Shown in pieces: positions 1 to 10,000 of a DNA stretch of 64,000 nt (within the stretch, counting starts at the first letter, position 1; each line of letters starts with the position of its first letter). The notes under the pieces were generated by a model. It ran no database searches. It was not told the DNA's origin and saw only the letters and a program-made list of their open reading frames with translations. The DNA comes from Patescibacteria group bacterium (GTDB lineage Bacteria > Patescibacteriota > Patescibacteriia > Veblenbacterales > UBA10138), in contig JBAZQK010000003.1 in NCBI GenBank assembly GCA_041645215.1, forward strand, positions 45,723 through 109,722. The letters are read 5' to 3'. Both the position numbers and the translations under genes were made by a program.

Positions 1-753
1 CGGCGTCTCCACTGCCACATAAGCTCTGTCCAAAGCGTGGCGCGGACGGTACTGGGCGCGGCGCAACCAGTGATGCCGCTGGCTGATAATTTTACGGCGC
101 CAGGTTAACCAGGCGGTTACGTTCGCCACCGCTCCTGAATTAATATCTAACTCCTCCATAATGTCTTTAAGCCGCGAATCGCTTGCACTCAAAGCCACTA
201 GCAGCTCGGTTAGTTCCAAATGCTTAGTCTGACGCTGCCACGCCAACTCCGCGGCCCGTTGAAAAACTTTTATGCTATCGCCGGATAATTTTGCGTGCCA
301 GCCCTGTTCTTCATTAGCCAAAGACTGTTGTAAAAGCCGAATTAATCGACTAATATCAACGCCTAATCTGACCAAGACCCCTACCACCGTACGATTTTTT
401 AAAGCCGCGGCCATTAAATGAGTTGGGCTGACCTCGGTATGGGCCACTCGTTCAGCATAGTGATAAGCCTGTTCCAATACCCGCCAAATATCTTCACTTA
501 AGTACTCCTCTATTACGACGGTTGCCTGGTCGCGCGCCGGCACTTTGTACCAGTATTTTTCCCGATCAAATCGGTACCAAGTGTAACCAGCTAAAATTAT
601 ACTAAGCCACCAGGCCTTAGCTCCGGGATGAGGCGGCAAAAAAATATCCAAAGCTATAACGGCCGGCGCCTCCCACACTGAAACGACGCCGACTGCTCCT
701 GTCAACAAGGTTAACCATAAACTAACCTGCGCCAGCAAACGATAAGCAAACAT
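1..753 (-). CDS. Partial CDS (5' end in window, runs off the window start): membrane-anchored protein with two Clp-N-like helical repeats
   Basis: Manual translation of the minus strand from the ATG at 751-753 gives MFAYRLLAQVSLWLTLLTGAVGVV..., with no stop before position 1. It has two hydrophobic helices, then repeats resembling the Clp N-terminal domain (EVSPTHLMAAALKNRTVVGVLVRLGVDISRL and ELTELLVALSASDSRLKDIMEELDINSGAV). It is absent from the ORF track because no stop falls inside the window. Confidence 0.45.
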   Translation of the reverse strand, partial: MFAYRLLAQVSLWLTLLTGAVGVVSVWEAPAVIALDIFLPPHPGAKAWWLSIILAGYTWYRFDREKYWYKVPARDQATVVIEEYLSEDIWRVLEQAYHYAERVAHTEVSPTHLMAAALKNRTVVGVLVRLGVDISRLIRLLQQSLANEEQGWHAKLSGDSIKVFQRAAELAWQRQTKHLELTELLVALSASDSRLKDIMEELDINSGAVANVTAWLTWRRKIISQRHHWLRRAQYRPRHALDRAYVAVETP

Positions 754-818
754 ACGCCAATGGCGAAAGTTTAAATCCTGTCTACTATAACTACTGAGCC
801 AAATGAATTCAGGCACGA

Positions 819-1172
819 TTAATTGCTAAAAATAATTAACAAACTTAAGGGTAAAATTACCAGCCACAACAAAATCGGAATTAAATAGACCACACCAGCC
901 ACTAGCAGATGAACCAATTTAACTATTAGCAAAATTGAGCGCATTACCAGACTGATAATACGCCCTTGCCAGGAATAATCCTGATACATTGGTTTAAAAA
1001 AATATTTAACAAATATACCCAAACCCACGCGAGCCCGCGTGTTGGCCCAGGCGCGCCCTGACCACGCCGCCAGCTGCTTTAAACCGCCGCCATACCACCA
1101 CCACGGAAAACGAACAACATCAGCCAAAAATTCAAAAATCAACTGGCCGGTCTGTTTCCAAATCAATAACAT
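819..1172 (-). CDS. Hypothetical small membrane protein (117 aa)
   Basis: ORF with two or three hydrophobic segments and a Trp-rich stretch (FPWWWYGGG). No recognisable domain. Confidence 0.35.
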   Translation of the reverse strand: MLLIWKQTGQLIFEFLADVVRFPWWWYGGGLKQLAAWSGRAWANTRARVGLGIFVKYFFKPMYQDYSWQGRIISLVMRSILLIVKLVHLLVAGVVYLIPILLWLVILPLSLLIIFSN

Positions 1173-1429
1173 AAATAAATCAAAATGAAAATATCAAAAT
1201 GAAAAATGACAAAGCAAAATTATAAAAATTCCAAATCTTAAATCCTAATACCTTCCGCCAGCACGCCCCGCCGAATGGCGGGCAGGTTTATAGCCCGAGC
1301 GTATTTAAGACAGCGGCTTTGGCAGGCCCCGCTCAAGCTTGGGCAGGCGGGACTTGTACTTTTGATTTTTGACTTTTGAGCTTTGATTTTCCATATTGTA
1401 ATTTTGCATTTTGATTTTTCAATTTTACA

Positions 1430-3382
1430 TTATCTAACCACCACGCCCTTGCCCTGCGCCCCCAAATCATCGTCTAACTCGGTAGTAACAAATTTAGCGG
1501 TGGCAATTAAATCAGCGCCGGATACTGAATCACGAGCCGTGGCGGTGGTGGTTTTGGTCAGCACCAAAATTTTATCAGCATCGCTCTCCTCCGGCGTTAC
1601 CGCCAGCTCAAACCAAGCTTCGGGCTTGGTAAAAGTTATGCCCGCCCCGGCGGGCAAACGATTTAGCCGCCAACTAACCTCACGCGTGTTGGAATTATAA
1701 GTTACGGCTTGACCAGCCGAAACCGTCGTTTGCCCGGTCCAATTAACCCCCGCTGGCAAAGTGGCCGTTACTTCCATGTTTTCCAAATCATTAAGCGTAT
1801 TGCCCAACTGCCAGAATACGATGTAAGTAGTGGTTTGCCCAACCCGCGGCGGCAAAGGACCTGACCCCAGCTTAACCAACTGATCAGTATAATACCGGCC
1901 CTCAACCGCCAACGACATCAGCGAACTAAATTTGGTTTCTATTTGATTTGATTGCAGACTTATCGTTTGTAAATTGTTGTCAATCACCTGCTTAGCCTCG
2001 CCCGTCACTTGAGTCATAAAACTAACAGGTGATTTGGCTCCCCGCGGCAGACTAGTTACCGTATTAATTCGCCAAGTCAAAGTAACGCGCGATTTAGATT
2101 GAACGATTTTTAAAAATGGTACGGAGTCGCCCGACCAAGTAATCGTACCGGCGGTCTTATCCAACTGTCCGCCAAAATCGTCCCGCCAACTTGACCAATC
2201 TAAATAAACGGTTGACAACTGGACTTTAAGTTTAAAATCGCTGTAAGACAAATCGCCGTTATTAACAACGGCTAATTCGTATTTTATTTCCTGTCCGAGC
2301 GTCGCCTGACTTTTTAAACTGACATCATTAGCCGTCAGATTAAGACTTAATTGCGAACCTAATACCGCTACCTGCCAAACCTTTTCCTCTTGCACCGAAA
2401 ACACCTTATCGGTTCCGCCCCAAAAACCAATCGCCACACCGAGTGACTGGTCGCCAACCTGACTGGCTGAAGAAAATTTTCCTTTGAGTTCAAACTTGCC
2501 ATCGCCCTGCGGCTCAAGGTCTCTCAACCGCCAAACATTGTTTTGTCCACTTTCAGCCTCTAACGACGGCACTTCCAAATCAAAACCGCCGGGCAGATTA
2601 AGCCGCAACCGCAACCCGACTAACTTAGCCGTTGAACTATTATGATACTTAACCGCTAACGTAACCGGCTGATCAACCGCCACCTTAGCTAAGCCGGCCA
2701 AATCTAAATTAATGGCCGAGGCTACCAGCTTGGTGCTAAAACTTAAAGTTTTAGTAAATTGAGCTTTGATGTTGTTGGGCTCATAAACCACCAAAGCCGA
2801 AATTTTCTTATCGTCATTAAGGTCGCCAATCAGCTGACCGCGTATGGTTAATGCGCCAACTTGATTAGGACCAACGCCGGGAATAATAAAACGCGTTGTC
2901 TCCTGGTTGTCAGGCTGTAAACTGGCGTCCGCAAAAGTAAAACCGTCGGGATAACGTAAATTTATTTCAACCTGTTTTAAGCCAATCGCCTGATTATTGG
3001 CATAGGACAGGGTGTATTCCACCACCTGGCCAGACGGCAACTCGCTGGGCGCTGTTAATTTAAACTGCACGGCCTCTTCGCCAAACCTCGCCGGATTCCG
3101 CCCCAACCACAACCAACTGCCAATCGCGCCAATTATAAGAAAAACCAGTGCTGACATAATATAACCCCAACGACGGTGGCGGCGCGAACCGGCTATCAAT
3201 TTTGACAAATCAGCCACCGCCTGTTGGCGATAGATTTCATCCCATTTGGGTGTGGCGTTGGAATTAGTTAAATTATTAGATGACGACGGAGAATCGTCGG
3301 CATCATTGTAACTAATGGTAATATCATTAACTTGGCTTTTTTTCATACCCAGTATATCAACTTGGCTTAACCACCTCAGCAC
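1430..3382 (-). CDS. Large surface/cell-envelope protein with an N-terminal membrane anchor (about 640 aa)
   Basis: 650-aa ORF. The hydrophobic helix IMSALVFLIIGAIGSWLWL is followed by an extracytoplasmic region predicted to be beta-rich. The first 12 codons of the track ORF are encoded by the first unit of the upstream tandem repeat, so the real start is probably the internal ATG (MKKSQV) near 3346. Confidence 0.6.
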   Translation of the reverse strand: MLRWLSQVDILGMKKSQVNDITISYNDADDSPSSSNNLTNSNATPKWDEIYRQQAVADLSKLIAGSRRHRRWGYIMSALVFLIIGAIGSWLWLGRNPARFGEEAVQFKLTAPSELPSGQVVEYTLSYANNQAIGLKQVEINLRYPDGFTFADASLQPDNQETTRFIIPGVGPNQVGALTIRGQLIGDLNDDKKISALVVYEPNNIKAQFTKTLSFSTKLVASAINLDLAGLAKVAVDQPVTLAVKYHNSSTAKLVGLRLRLNLPGGFDLEVPSLEAESGQNNVWRLRDLEPQGDGKFELKGKFSSASQVGDQSLGVAIGFWGGTDKVFSVQEEKVWQVAVLGSQLSLNLTANDVSLKSQATLGQEIKYELAVVNNGDLSYSDFKLKVQLSTVYLDWSSWRDDFGGQLDKTAGTITWSGDSVPFLKIVQSKSRVTLTWRINTVTSLPRGAKSPVSFMTQVTGEAKQVIDNNLQTISLQSNQIETKFSSLMSLAVEGRYYTDQLVKLGSGPLPPRVGQTTTYIVFWQLGNTLNDLENMEVTATLPAGVNWTGQTTVSAGQAVTYNSNTREVSWRLNRLPAGAGITFTKPEAWFELAVTPEESDADKILVLTKTTTATARDSVSGADLIATAKFVTTELDDDLGAQGKGVVVR

Positions 3383-3998
3383 GAACGTGACTAGACAAGA
3401 ATAAATGATTAAATAATTTTAGATAAGACATAAAGTTATAATAGCTGGTGGTTAGGGCGAGTGCTAGCCAAGTTGTATTACTGGGCATACCCAGTATATC
3501 AACTTGGCTTAACCACCTCAGCACGAGCGTGACTAGACAAGAATAAATGATTAAATAATTTTAGATAAGACATAAAGTTATAATAGCTGGTGGTTAGGGC
3601 GAGTGCTAGCCAAGTTGTATTACTGGGCATACCCAGTATATCAACCCCGTAGAATCACGGCGGATACATCGATCAACCGTAATGTCCGGATTAATTGTAA
3701 GTAATTTGCGATTTTCATAAATATTGATTGTCCGCCGTAACTCTACGGGGTCAACTTGGCTTAACCACCTCAGCACGAGCGTGACTAGACAAGAATAAAT
3801 GATTAAATAATTTTAGATAAGACATAAAGTTATAATAGCTGGTGGTTAGGGCGAGCCCAGAACCAAGAGCTATATAGGAAGTACTGATATTATTGCTATC
3901 CATTATTGGTAAGTAATGTGTTCCCGTGGCGATGCGAGGGTACCGTGCTTGCTCTGGTGCTGGGCGAGTGCTAGCCAAGTTGTATTACTGGGCATACC
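3345..3998. repeat. Three tandem copies of a unit of about 135 bp (promoter/5' region of the surface-protein gene). The third copy carries two different insertions of about 105 bp.
   Basis: The unit is catacccagtatatcaacttggcttaaccacctcagcacga[a/g]cgtgactagacaag...ttgtattactgggc. The insertion at 3646-3750 has terminal inverted repeats ccccgtaga/tctacgggg and a tcaac target duplication. The insertion at 3856-3963 is flanked by the direct repeat gggcgag. Confidence 0.85.
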
Positions 3999-4005
3999 AA
4001 TTACA

Positions 4006-4842
4006 TTATAGTACACTCTTAAGGACTTTGAGAGCCCTTAGCTCCTGACCGGTCTGGCCGCGCAAATAATCAGTTAAAAAGACTAATCCGACATTGGGGA
4101 TAAATGGCGCCAAGTTGGCCGGTTGATAATAAAGCCTCCACGGGTTTATCCGGCCGGCGTCGCCACTTGGCGCATCATCCATCCGCCTTGAGCGGACAGT
4201 CTTTTGCGCCGGCGGATAAAGCTGGCTCAGCCACTCCCTAACTTCATTGGGCAATACCACGGTTGAATCGGCGGCGAGGGTGCATTCTTTATGTAAAAAA
4301 CCGTGTCGCGTCCAGCTAAAATTAATTTCACCGTTTAAAACTTGTCCGCAAATATCGCATTTATTCAGGTAAACCATCAAGCCGGTCAAATGTAAAACCT
4401 CAATTATAAATTGCATCAATTTAGTACGCGCTTGCTCGCGCCAGAATTTATCATTAATTGACAACAACGCGGCCAACTCACTTAGATAACTGTCCAACAA
4501 ATCAAATAACCTATAATCGGTCTGGCCGTCGCGAGTTAAAGTGTCAACTATTTCCAAAAAACTACTGGCCAATATAATGGTTGGTAAATGATAAGGCGGT
4601 TTTAAATACACTTTTCTGACATTGGCCGAGGCCAAACGATCAATCGTACGGCCGCGGGCCGCCATAATATCTATGGTCGCAAATGGTAACAAATGCGGCG
4701 CCAATTTAGAACCGATTTTTTGGCTGCCGGCCGCCACCGCCTTAAATTTGCCGTACTCGCGCGAATACACCGTGTACAATCGGTCATTATCACGATAAGA
4801 ACTAACGCGCAAAACAAAACCATGGGTTAAATAAGTGGACAT
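4006..4842 (-). CDS. recO: DNA repair protein RecO
   Basis: The N-terminal OB-fold region (GFVLRVSSYRDNDRLYTVYSREYGKF) and a C-terminal C4 zinc motif (CDICGQ...HKEC) are typical of RecO. The length is 278 aa. Confidence 0.7.
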   Translation of the reverse strand: MSTYLTHGFVLRVSSYRDNDRLYTVYSREYGKFKAVAAGSQKIGSKLAPHLLPFATIDIMAARGRTIDRLASANVRKVYLKPPYHLPTIILASSFLEIVDTLTRDGQTDYRLFDLLDSYLSELAALLSINDKFWREQARTKLMQFIIEVLHLTGLMVYLNKCDICGQVLNGEINFSWTRHGFLHKECTLAADSTVVLPNEVREWLSQLYPPAQKTVRSRRMDDAPSGDAGRINPWRLYYQPANLAPFIPNVGLVFLTDYLRGQTGQELRALKVLKSVL

Positions 4843-4845
4843 AAA

Positions 4846-5547
4846 TTATTTAAAAAAGCCGTGCATTACTTTGGTTTTATAGCCTTTTGTAAATTCATAA
4901 ATAATCGACCAGAACACTCCAACAGCAAAAGAAAACATCACTTCCTCAATAGGAACACCCCATAAATTCAAGCCTATAAAATTACGCAAAGTATAAAAAC
5001 TACTGATAAAAGTCGGAAAGAATAAATTAAAAAGTACAAAAAGGAAACTGTATATAATACAAAAAAATATGCCACTAAAAATCATTTGCTGTATTAAATC
5101 TCTGCGATAGAACGCCATCATCGTAGCACCAATTAACATAGAAACCGAAACATTGTAAATGGTTTTATTGGGATAAATAAATTCTAAAAATACATAAAAC
5201 AATGCAAATATAATTAAAGCTAAGTAATGTGGATAGCGACGATTAAATAATTGCCTCTTTAACTTTCGCTGTTCTATAAATTCAAATATTACCGAAGCTA
5301 AACCACCACCCAAAAATCCAAACACAAGATCCTCAATTGAAAAACCTACTTTATTAACAAGATTAAATATCGTCGGTGGCCTCCAATATTCAGGAACATA
5401 TAAAAAATCCGTTATGGCTAACAAGCTACCGATTATACCAGCCCAAATCATTTCCTTTCTCAGGTCCACTCGTCGAACGAATATTATAAGCCATGGCACC
5501 AAAAGCAGACCGCACCCAATAATATAGGCATATTGCATATTAAACAA
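4846..5547 (-). CDS. Polytopic membrane protein, possibly of the lycopene-cyclase-domain (CrtYcd-like) family
   Basis: About seven hydrophobic helices. PEYW and IEDL motifs resemble the PxE(E/D) motifs of lycopene-cyclase-domain proteins. It sits 5 bp from the geranylgeranyl-reductase-like gene. Confidence 0.4.
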   Translation of the reverse strand: MFNMQYAYIIGCGLLLVPWLIIFVRRVDLRKEMIWAGIIGSLLAITDFLYVPEYWRPPTIFNLVNKVGFSIEDLVFGFLGGGLASVIFEFIEQRKLKRQLFNRRYPHYLALIIFALFYVFLEFIYPNKTIYNVSVSMLIGATMMAFYRRDLIQQMIFSGIFFCIIYSFLFVLFNLFFPTFISSFYTLRNFIGLNLWGVPIEEVMFSFAVGVFWSIIYEFTKGYKTKVMHGFFK

Positions 5548-5552
5548 AAAAA

Positions 5553-6746
5553 TTAAAATGATAAATACTTGGCAAACAACAACGCCAATTTAGGATATTT
5601 ATATATTAATTCATAACGGTAGTTAAAAAATACCTCAAAAGCATCCGCTGGATCCACACTTTGAAATCTATACATCAACTTATCAAGATCCTCATCTGTA
5701 AATTTACGATAAAGCGCCTTACCAATACGATATGAAATATTCCATCGCCAACCAAACAAATTACGCCATTCGTTTTCATACTTTTGCTCTAAACTAACAA
5801 TATCGGTACTACTCTTCAATGCTTGATCAATACATTTTGCGGCTAATTGACTTGTTTTAAAAGCATGCCTAATACCTTCAAATGCTAAGGGATTAACTTG
5901 AGAAGCCGCATCTCCAATCATAATAATATTTTTATAGGCGTGATATTTAACACCGGGCGAAATAAAACCACCACCACCGTGAATTTCTATTGGCTCTAAA
6001 TGATTAGAGACATCAAATTTGCCCATAAAACTCCTAAGCAACTGCTTTAATTCAGTATTGTTTGGCAGTCTACCCCATGACCCGATGCCTATCTTACATG
6101 CCCGACTCTCCTCCATGGGAAATATCCAAGCATAGCCTTGTGGTGCTACCTTGCCAAAATACAAGGCTACTGTTTTTTCAAAACCACTCGGCATACCAGA
6201 CAATTGCAGTTCAAGGGCGCTAGCTAAATCATCAGATTGTGTTTGGTTTAACTTTAAAAAAGAATTAGCAAACCCCCAGTGCCCGGTGGCGTCCACAATA
6301 TATTTGGCTCGCAACTCACCTTCGCCAAATATGCCCTTATATTTTAGGCCAACGATATTACTGCCCTCTTTAATAAACTCCGTGGCCGCCGCTCCCACCA
6401 TCGTATCGGCACCGTGACGCGCCGCGTCTTCAGCCAAAAACTTTTTAAGCGCCGCAAAATCAAACACATAACCGCGCGTCTCGGGATAAGTCCATTCGGC
6501 CACTTCATGGGTGGAGGCAAAATAAATCCGATTCCAAGTGGCGGAAAGAACTTTGGCTGGTAAATCAAATTCCTCAATAGTTTCGCGCGGCGTACCAGCC
6601 GTGGAATAATTCGGCTGACCAATCTCCTGCGAATGTTCTAGTAAAATAACCTTTCTACCCGCCTTAGCCAACTCACGCGCGCACTGTCCGCCCGCCGGTC
6701 CGGCGCCGATGACTATAACGTCGTAAAGCTTATTATCATTGGTCAT
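5553..6746 (-). CDS. FAD-dependent oxidoreductase, geranylgeranyl reductase family
   Basis: N-terminal Rossmann FAD-binding motif YDVIVIGAGPAGGQCARELAKAGRKVILLE. Length (397 aa) and overall pattern match digeranylgeranylglycerophospholipid/geranylgeranyl reductases. Confidence 0.7.
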   Translation of the reverse strand: MTNDNKLYDVIVIGAGPAGGQCARELAKAGRKVILLEHSQEIGQPNYSTAGTPRETIEEFDLPAKVLSATWNRIYFASTHEVAEWTYPETRGYVFDFAALKKFLAEDAARHGADTMVGAAATEFIKEGSNIVGLKYKGIFGEGELRAKYIVDATGHWGFANSFLKLNQTQSDDLASALELQLSGMPSGFEKTVALYFGKVAPQGYAWIFPMEESRACKIGIGSWGRLPNNTELKQLLRSFMGKFDVSNHLEPIEIHGGGGFISPGVKYHAYKNIIMIGDAASQVNPLAFEGIRHAFKTSQLAAKCIDQALKSSTDIVSLEQKYENEWRNLFGWRWNISYRIGKALYRKFTDEDLDKLMYRFQSVDPADAFEVFFNYRYELIYKYPKLALLFAKYLSF

Positions 6747-7078
6747 ATTTTAGAACAAAATATTTACCTGTCAGTCTAAAGCCCCCTCGTCATTCTGAAC
6801 ACATTCGCTGTGCTCAGTGTAAACTCCGTGAAGAATCCAGATTCTTCCCTCACCCCGCCTGGCGGCGGGGTTCCTTCAGAATGACAATCTAAAATGAATT
6901 TTAAGACTAGTAGAACTTACGCGTTTGAGCCAAGTTCGAGGCAAAACCGAGCATTTGAGCGAGCCGTAGTAAAACTACGGTGAACGAAAAGCGGAGGGTT
7001 TAACGAAGAAATTGGCCAAAGCCGCTTGAGGGGTCGTCCCTGCGCCCGCCCTGCAAGCGGCAAGCGCGTAAGTCCTAA

Positions 7079-10000
7079 CTAGGATATTTCCACACTCACT
7101 GCCTCGCCTTCTATTTCCAGCTTGTTATCATACTCCTCTTGGCTGATATTAATTTCCTTAGACAAAGTGGATTTGAGTAAATTATCACGGTGATTAAAAA
7201 GTATGGCGGCTATTTTTTCAGTAGCTCCAACTTTCAACATAATCCGATCGTTAATCGTTAACCCCCGCTGCTTGCGCAAGGCATTTACCTGCCGCGAAAA
7301 TTCGCGTATTAAACCGAGCGCTTTTAGCTCATCATCAATTTCTGTATTTAAAACTACCGACAATTCCCCTGCTTCCTCGCAAACTACTTCTAATACATTT
7401 ATTTCATCGGCCAAAATTGCCTTCATTTCCTCGGCCAAAATCAAACCCTTCACGGTAACCACCCGCAAAGCCTGACGAACTTTTATTTTAGCTGCCGCCC
7501 GCTGAGCTAAAACCGTTTCTACTACTTGTCTTAGTTTTGACATCTTAATCAAAAGTTCTGGATCGTCATTATCGGCATACAAAGATGGCCATTCTGCTAA
7601 ATGCACCGACTCTAATTCTCCTCCAACCCGACGATAAATATGCTCTGACAAAAAAGGTACAAAAGGAGACATTATTTTTGATAAATTAAGTAAAACATGT
7701 CGTAAGGTATTTAGGGCTTCCATTTTTCTATTCTCTTGTTTAAATCTATCGCGGCTGCGGCGCACATACCAAACCGATAAATCAGTAATAAACTCCTCTA
7801 TCTTCCGTCCCGCTTCTGTCACCTTATAGTTTTCTAGATATTCTGTTACTTCGTCCAATAATTTATACCACATTGCCAATATCCACCTATCTAATACATG
7901 AGTAACTTGCGGCACTTGCCGTGTACCGTCGCTCGCCTTTGGGCGAGCGACTGGTACACGGTACAATTCATAAAACATCACCACATTCATTAAAATCAAA
8001 AATGTTTTTTTTACCACGGCCTCAACATCTTTGGGGTCAAAATTCTTAGGTTCGCCCGGCTGGCTAGCCGTATAAAAATAAAACCGCAAAGCATCAGTCC
8101 CGTATTGATTGATAATTTCCCAGGGGTCAATAATATTGCCCTTGGATTTAGACATTTTTTGGCCATATTTGTCGTTTATATGCCCCAAACAAATAACATT
8201 CCGGTAAGGCGGAATCTCGCCGATGGCGCCGGCTTTTTTAAGCAAAGTCGCCACCGCCAGCAGAGTGTAAAACCAACCGCGGGTTTGATCTATGGCTTCA
8301 GCAATAAATTCAGCCGGATAATGGTCTGGCAATTGCTGGGCGCTACCCGCAGTCGCCGGATAACCCCACTGGGCAAACGGCATACTGCCACTGTCAAACC
8401 AACAATCAGCCACCTCCGGCACGCGCCGCATTTCCCCGCCACACTTACAAGCCAAAACAATCTCGTCAACATAAGGCCGGTGCGGATCAAAATTTTGACT
8501 TTTTCCGCCAGCACGCCCTGCCAAAGACGAGGCTCCGCCGAATGGCGGGCCGAGGGAGGCGGATCCGCCTTGGGCGGAGATTTTTGACTTTTGACTTTCG
8601 TTGGCTAAATCAGACAACTCCTGAAAACTGCCAACGCATATCTGATTGCTGCAGTCTCCACATATCCATATGGGTAATGGCGTACCCCAATAGCGCTCGC
8701 GCGAAATGGCCCAATCTTTTACCCCGTCCAGCCATTCGCCAAACCGACCTTGCTTAATATGCTCGGGATACCAATTGATTATCTCGTTAGCCGCTTTTAA
8801 ATCCTCCCGCAAAGCTGACATTTTTATAAACCACGATAGTTTGGCATAATACAGAAGCGGCGTATCGCAACGCCAACAATAAGGATAATCATGAGTGTAC
8901 ATTTCTTGCTTAAACAACAAACCGCGCTCTTTTAAATCCTCCACGATTCCTTGCTCCACTTCTTTATCCTTAACAAACTTACCAGCCCATTTGGCAACAT
9001 CTTTGGTAAAATAACCATTCTCGTCAACCGTATGAAACTTGGGCAAGCCGACTTGACCGCCTAAATTAAAATCGTCCTCGCCGTACATTACGGCCGTGTG
9101 TACCACGCCGGTGCCATCCATAGTGGTGACGAAATCCGCGGCATACACGCGGTGTGATTTTTCGTTCTGGAGCGGTTTGATGTCGAATAACGGTTCATAT
9201 TCTAAACCAACTAACTCACTACCTCTCAATAGCCGTATGTTTTTAAATAAAACATTACCTTTCCCCTTAAAATTAGTACTACCCCATGTCAAATCATCTT
9301 CGTGTGGGTGAGGACTATAACCTAAAGTACTCTCAAAAACATTCGTAAATGCGGAACGGGCCAATATAAATACTTCACCTTTTTGTATATCAGAAACATC
9401 TGACGTTTCAACCTCTAACATTAGGTAATCAATATCAGCACCAATTGCGAGCGCTACATTCCCCGGTAAAGTCCAAGGTGTAGTCGTCCAAGACAAAATA
9501 TATGTATTATTTTCAATTTTGACTTTTTCCGCCAGCACGCCCCGCCAAAGGCGAGGCTCCGCCAGGTGGCGGGCCGAGGGAGGCGGATCCGCCTTGGGCG
9601 GAGACTTTTGACTTTTGACTTTGAACTTAATATAAACTGACGGTTCAGTAATTTCTTTATACCCTTGGGCCACTTCGTGGCTGGATAGGGCCGTACCGCA
9701 ACGCGGACAATGCGGCACCACTTTATAATCTTGGTACAACATTCTTTGCCAGCCCTCACCCGGACATTCATCACTGACTCTAAATTCATTCTCTGGCTCC
9801 ATGACTGGCTGACTGTCTGACTGGCTAACCCACGTACGCCAGATTTGCTTAAAAATCCACCACAAACTTTCAATGTAATAAGGCTGATAAGTAATATAGG
9901 GCTTTTCCAAATCCAGCCAATAGCCAATGCGTTCGGTTAATTTTTCCCACTCATTTTGATATTTCCAGACGGCGGCCTTGCATTTACTATTAAACTCCTC

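Noticed and set aside
3345-3998. Tandem repeats upstream of the surface-protein gene interpreted as a CRISPR array
   Set aside because: Units are about 135 bp and directly abut one another with no unique spacers. No cas genes are nearby. It is a tandem duplication, not a CRISPR.
6151-6622. ORFs 6151-6417 (+) and 6344-6622 (-) inside the oxidoreductase gene
   Set aside because: They lie fully within, and partly antisense to, a well-supported 397-aa CDS with a clear FAD-binding motif. They have no motifs of their own and are most likely spurious.
8493-9623. The ileS insertions interpreted as an intein or a self-splicing intron
   Set aside because: Each is only about 105 bp, far too short for an intein or a group I/II intron. 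There are no intein blocks or intron structures, and the reading frame is continuous. In-frame MITE-like insertion is the simpler explanation.
7203-9927. Six overlapping ORFs (7203-7475, 8105-8587, 8290-8514, 8542-8757, 9096-9311, 9454-9927) inside ileS
   Set aside because: All are embedded in the IleRS coding region. Two of them (8105-8587 and 8542-8757) are kept open only by the stop-free GC-rich repeat. They are artefacts of GC-rich sequence, not genes.
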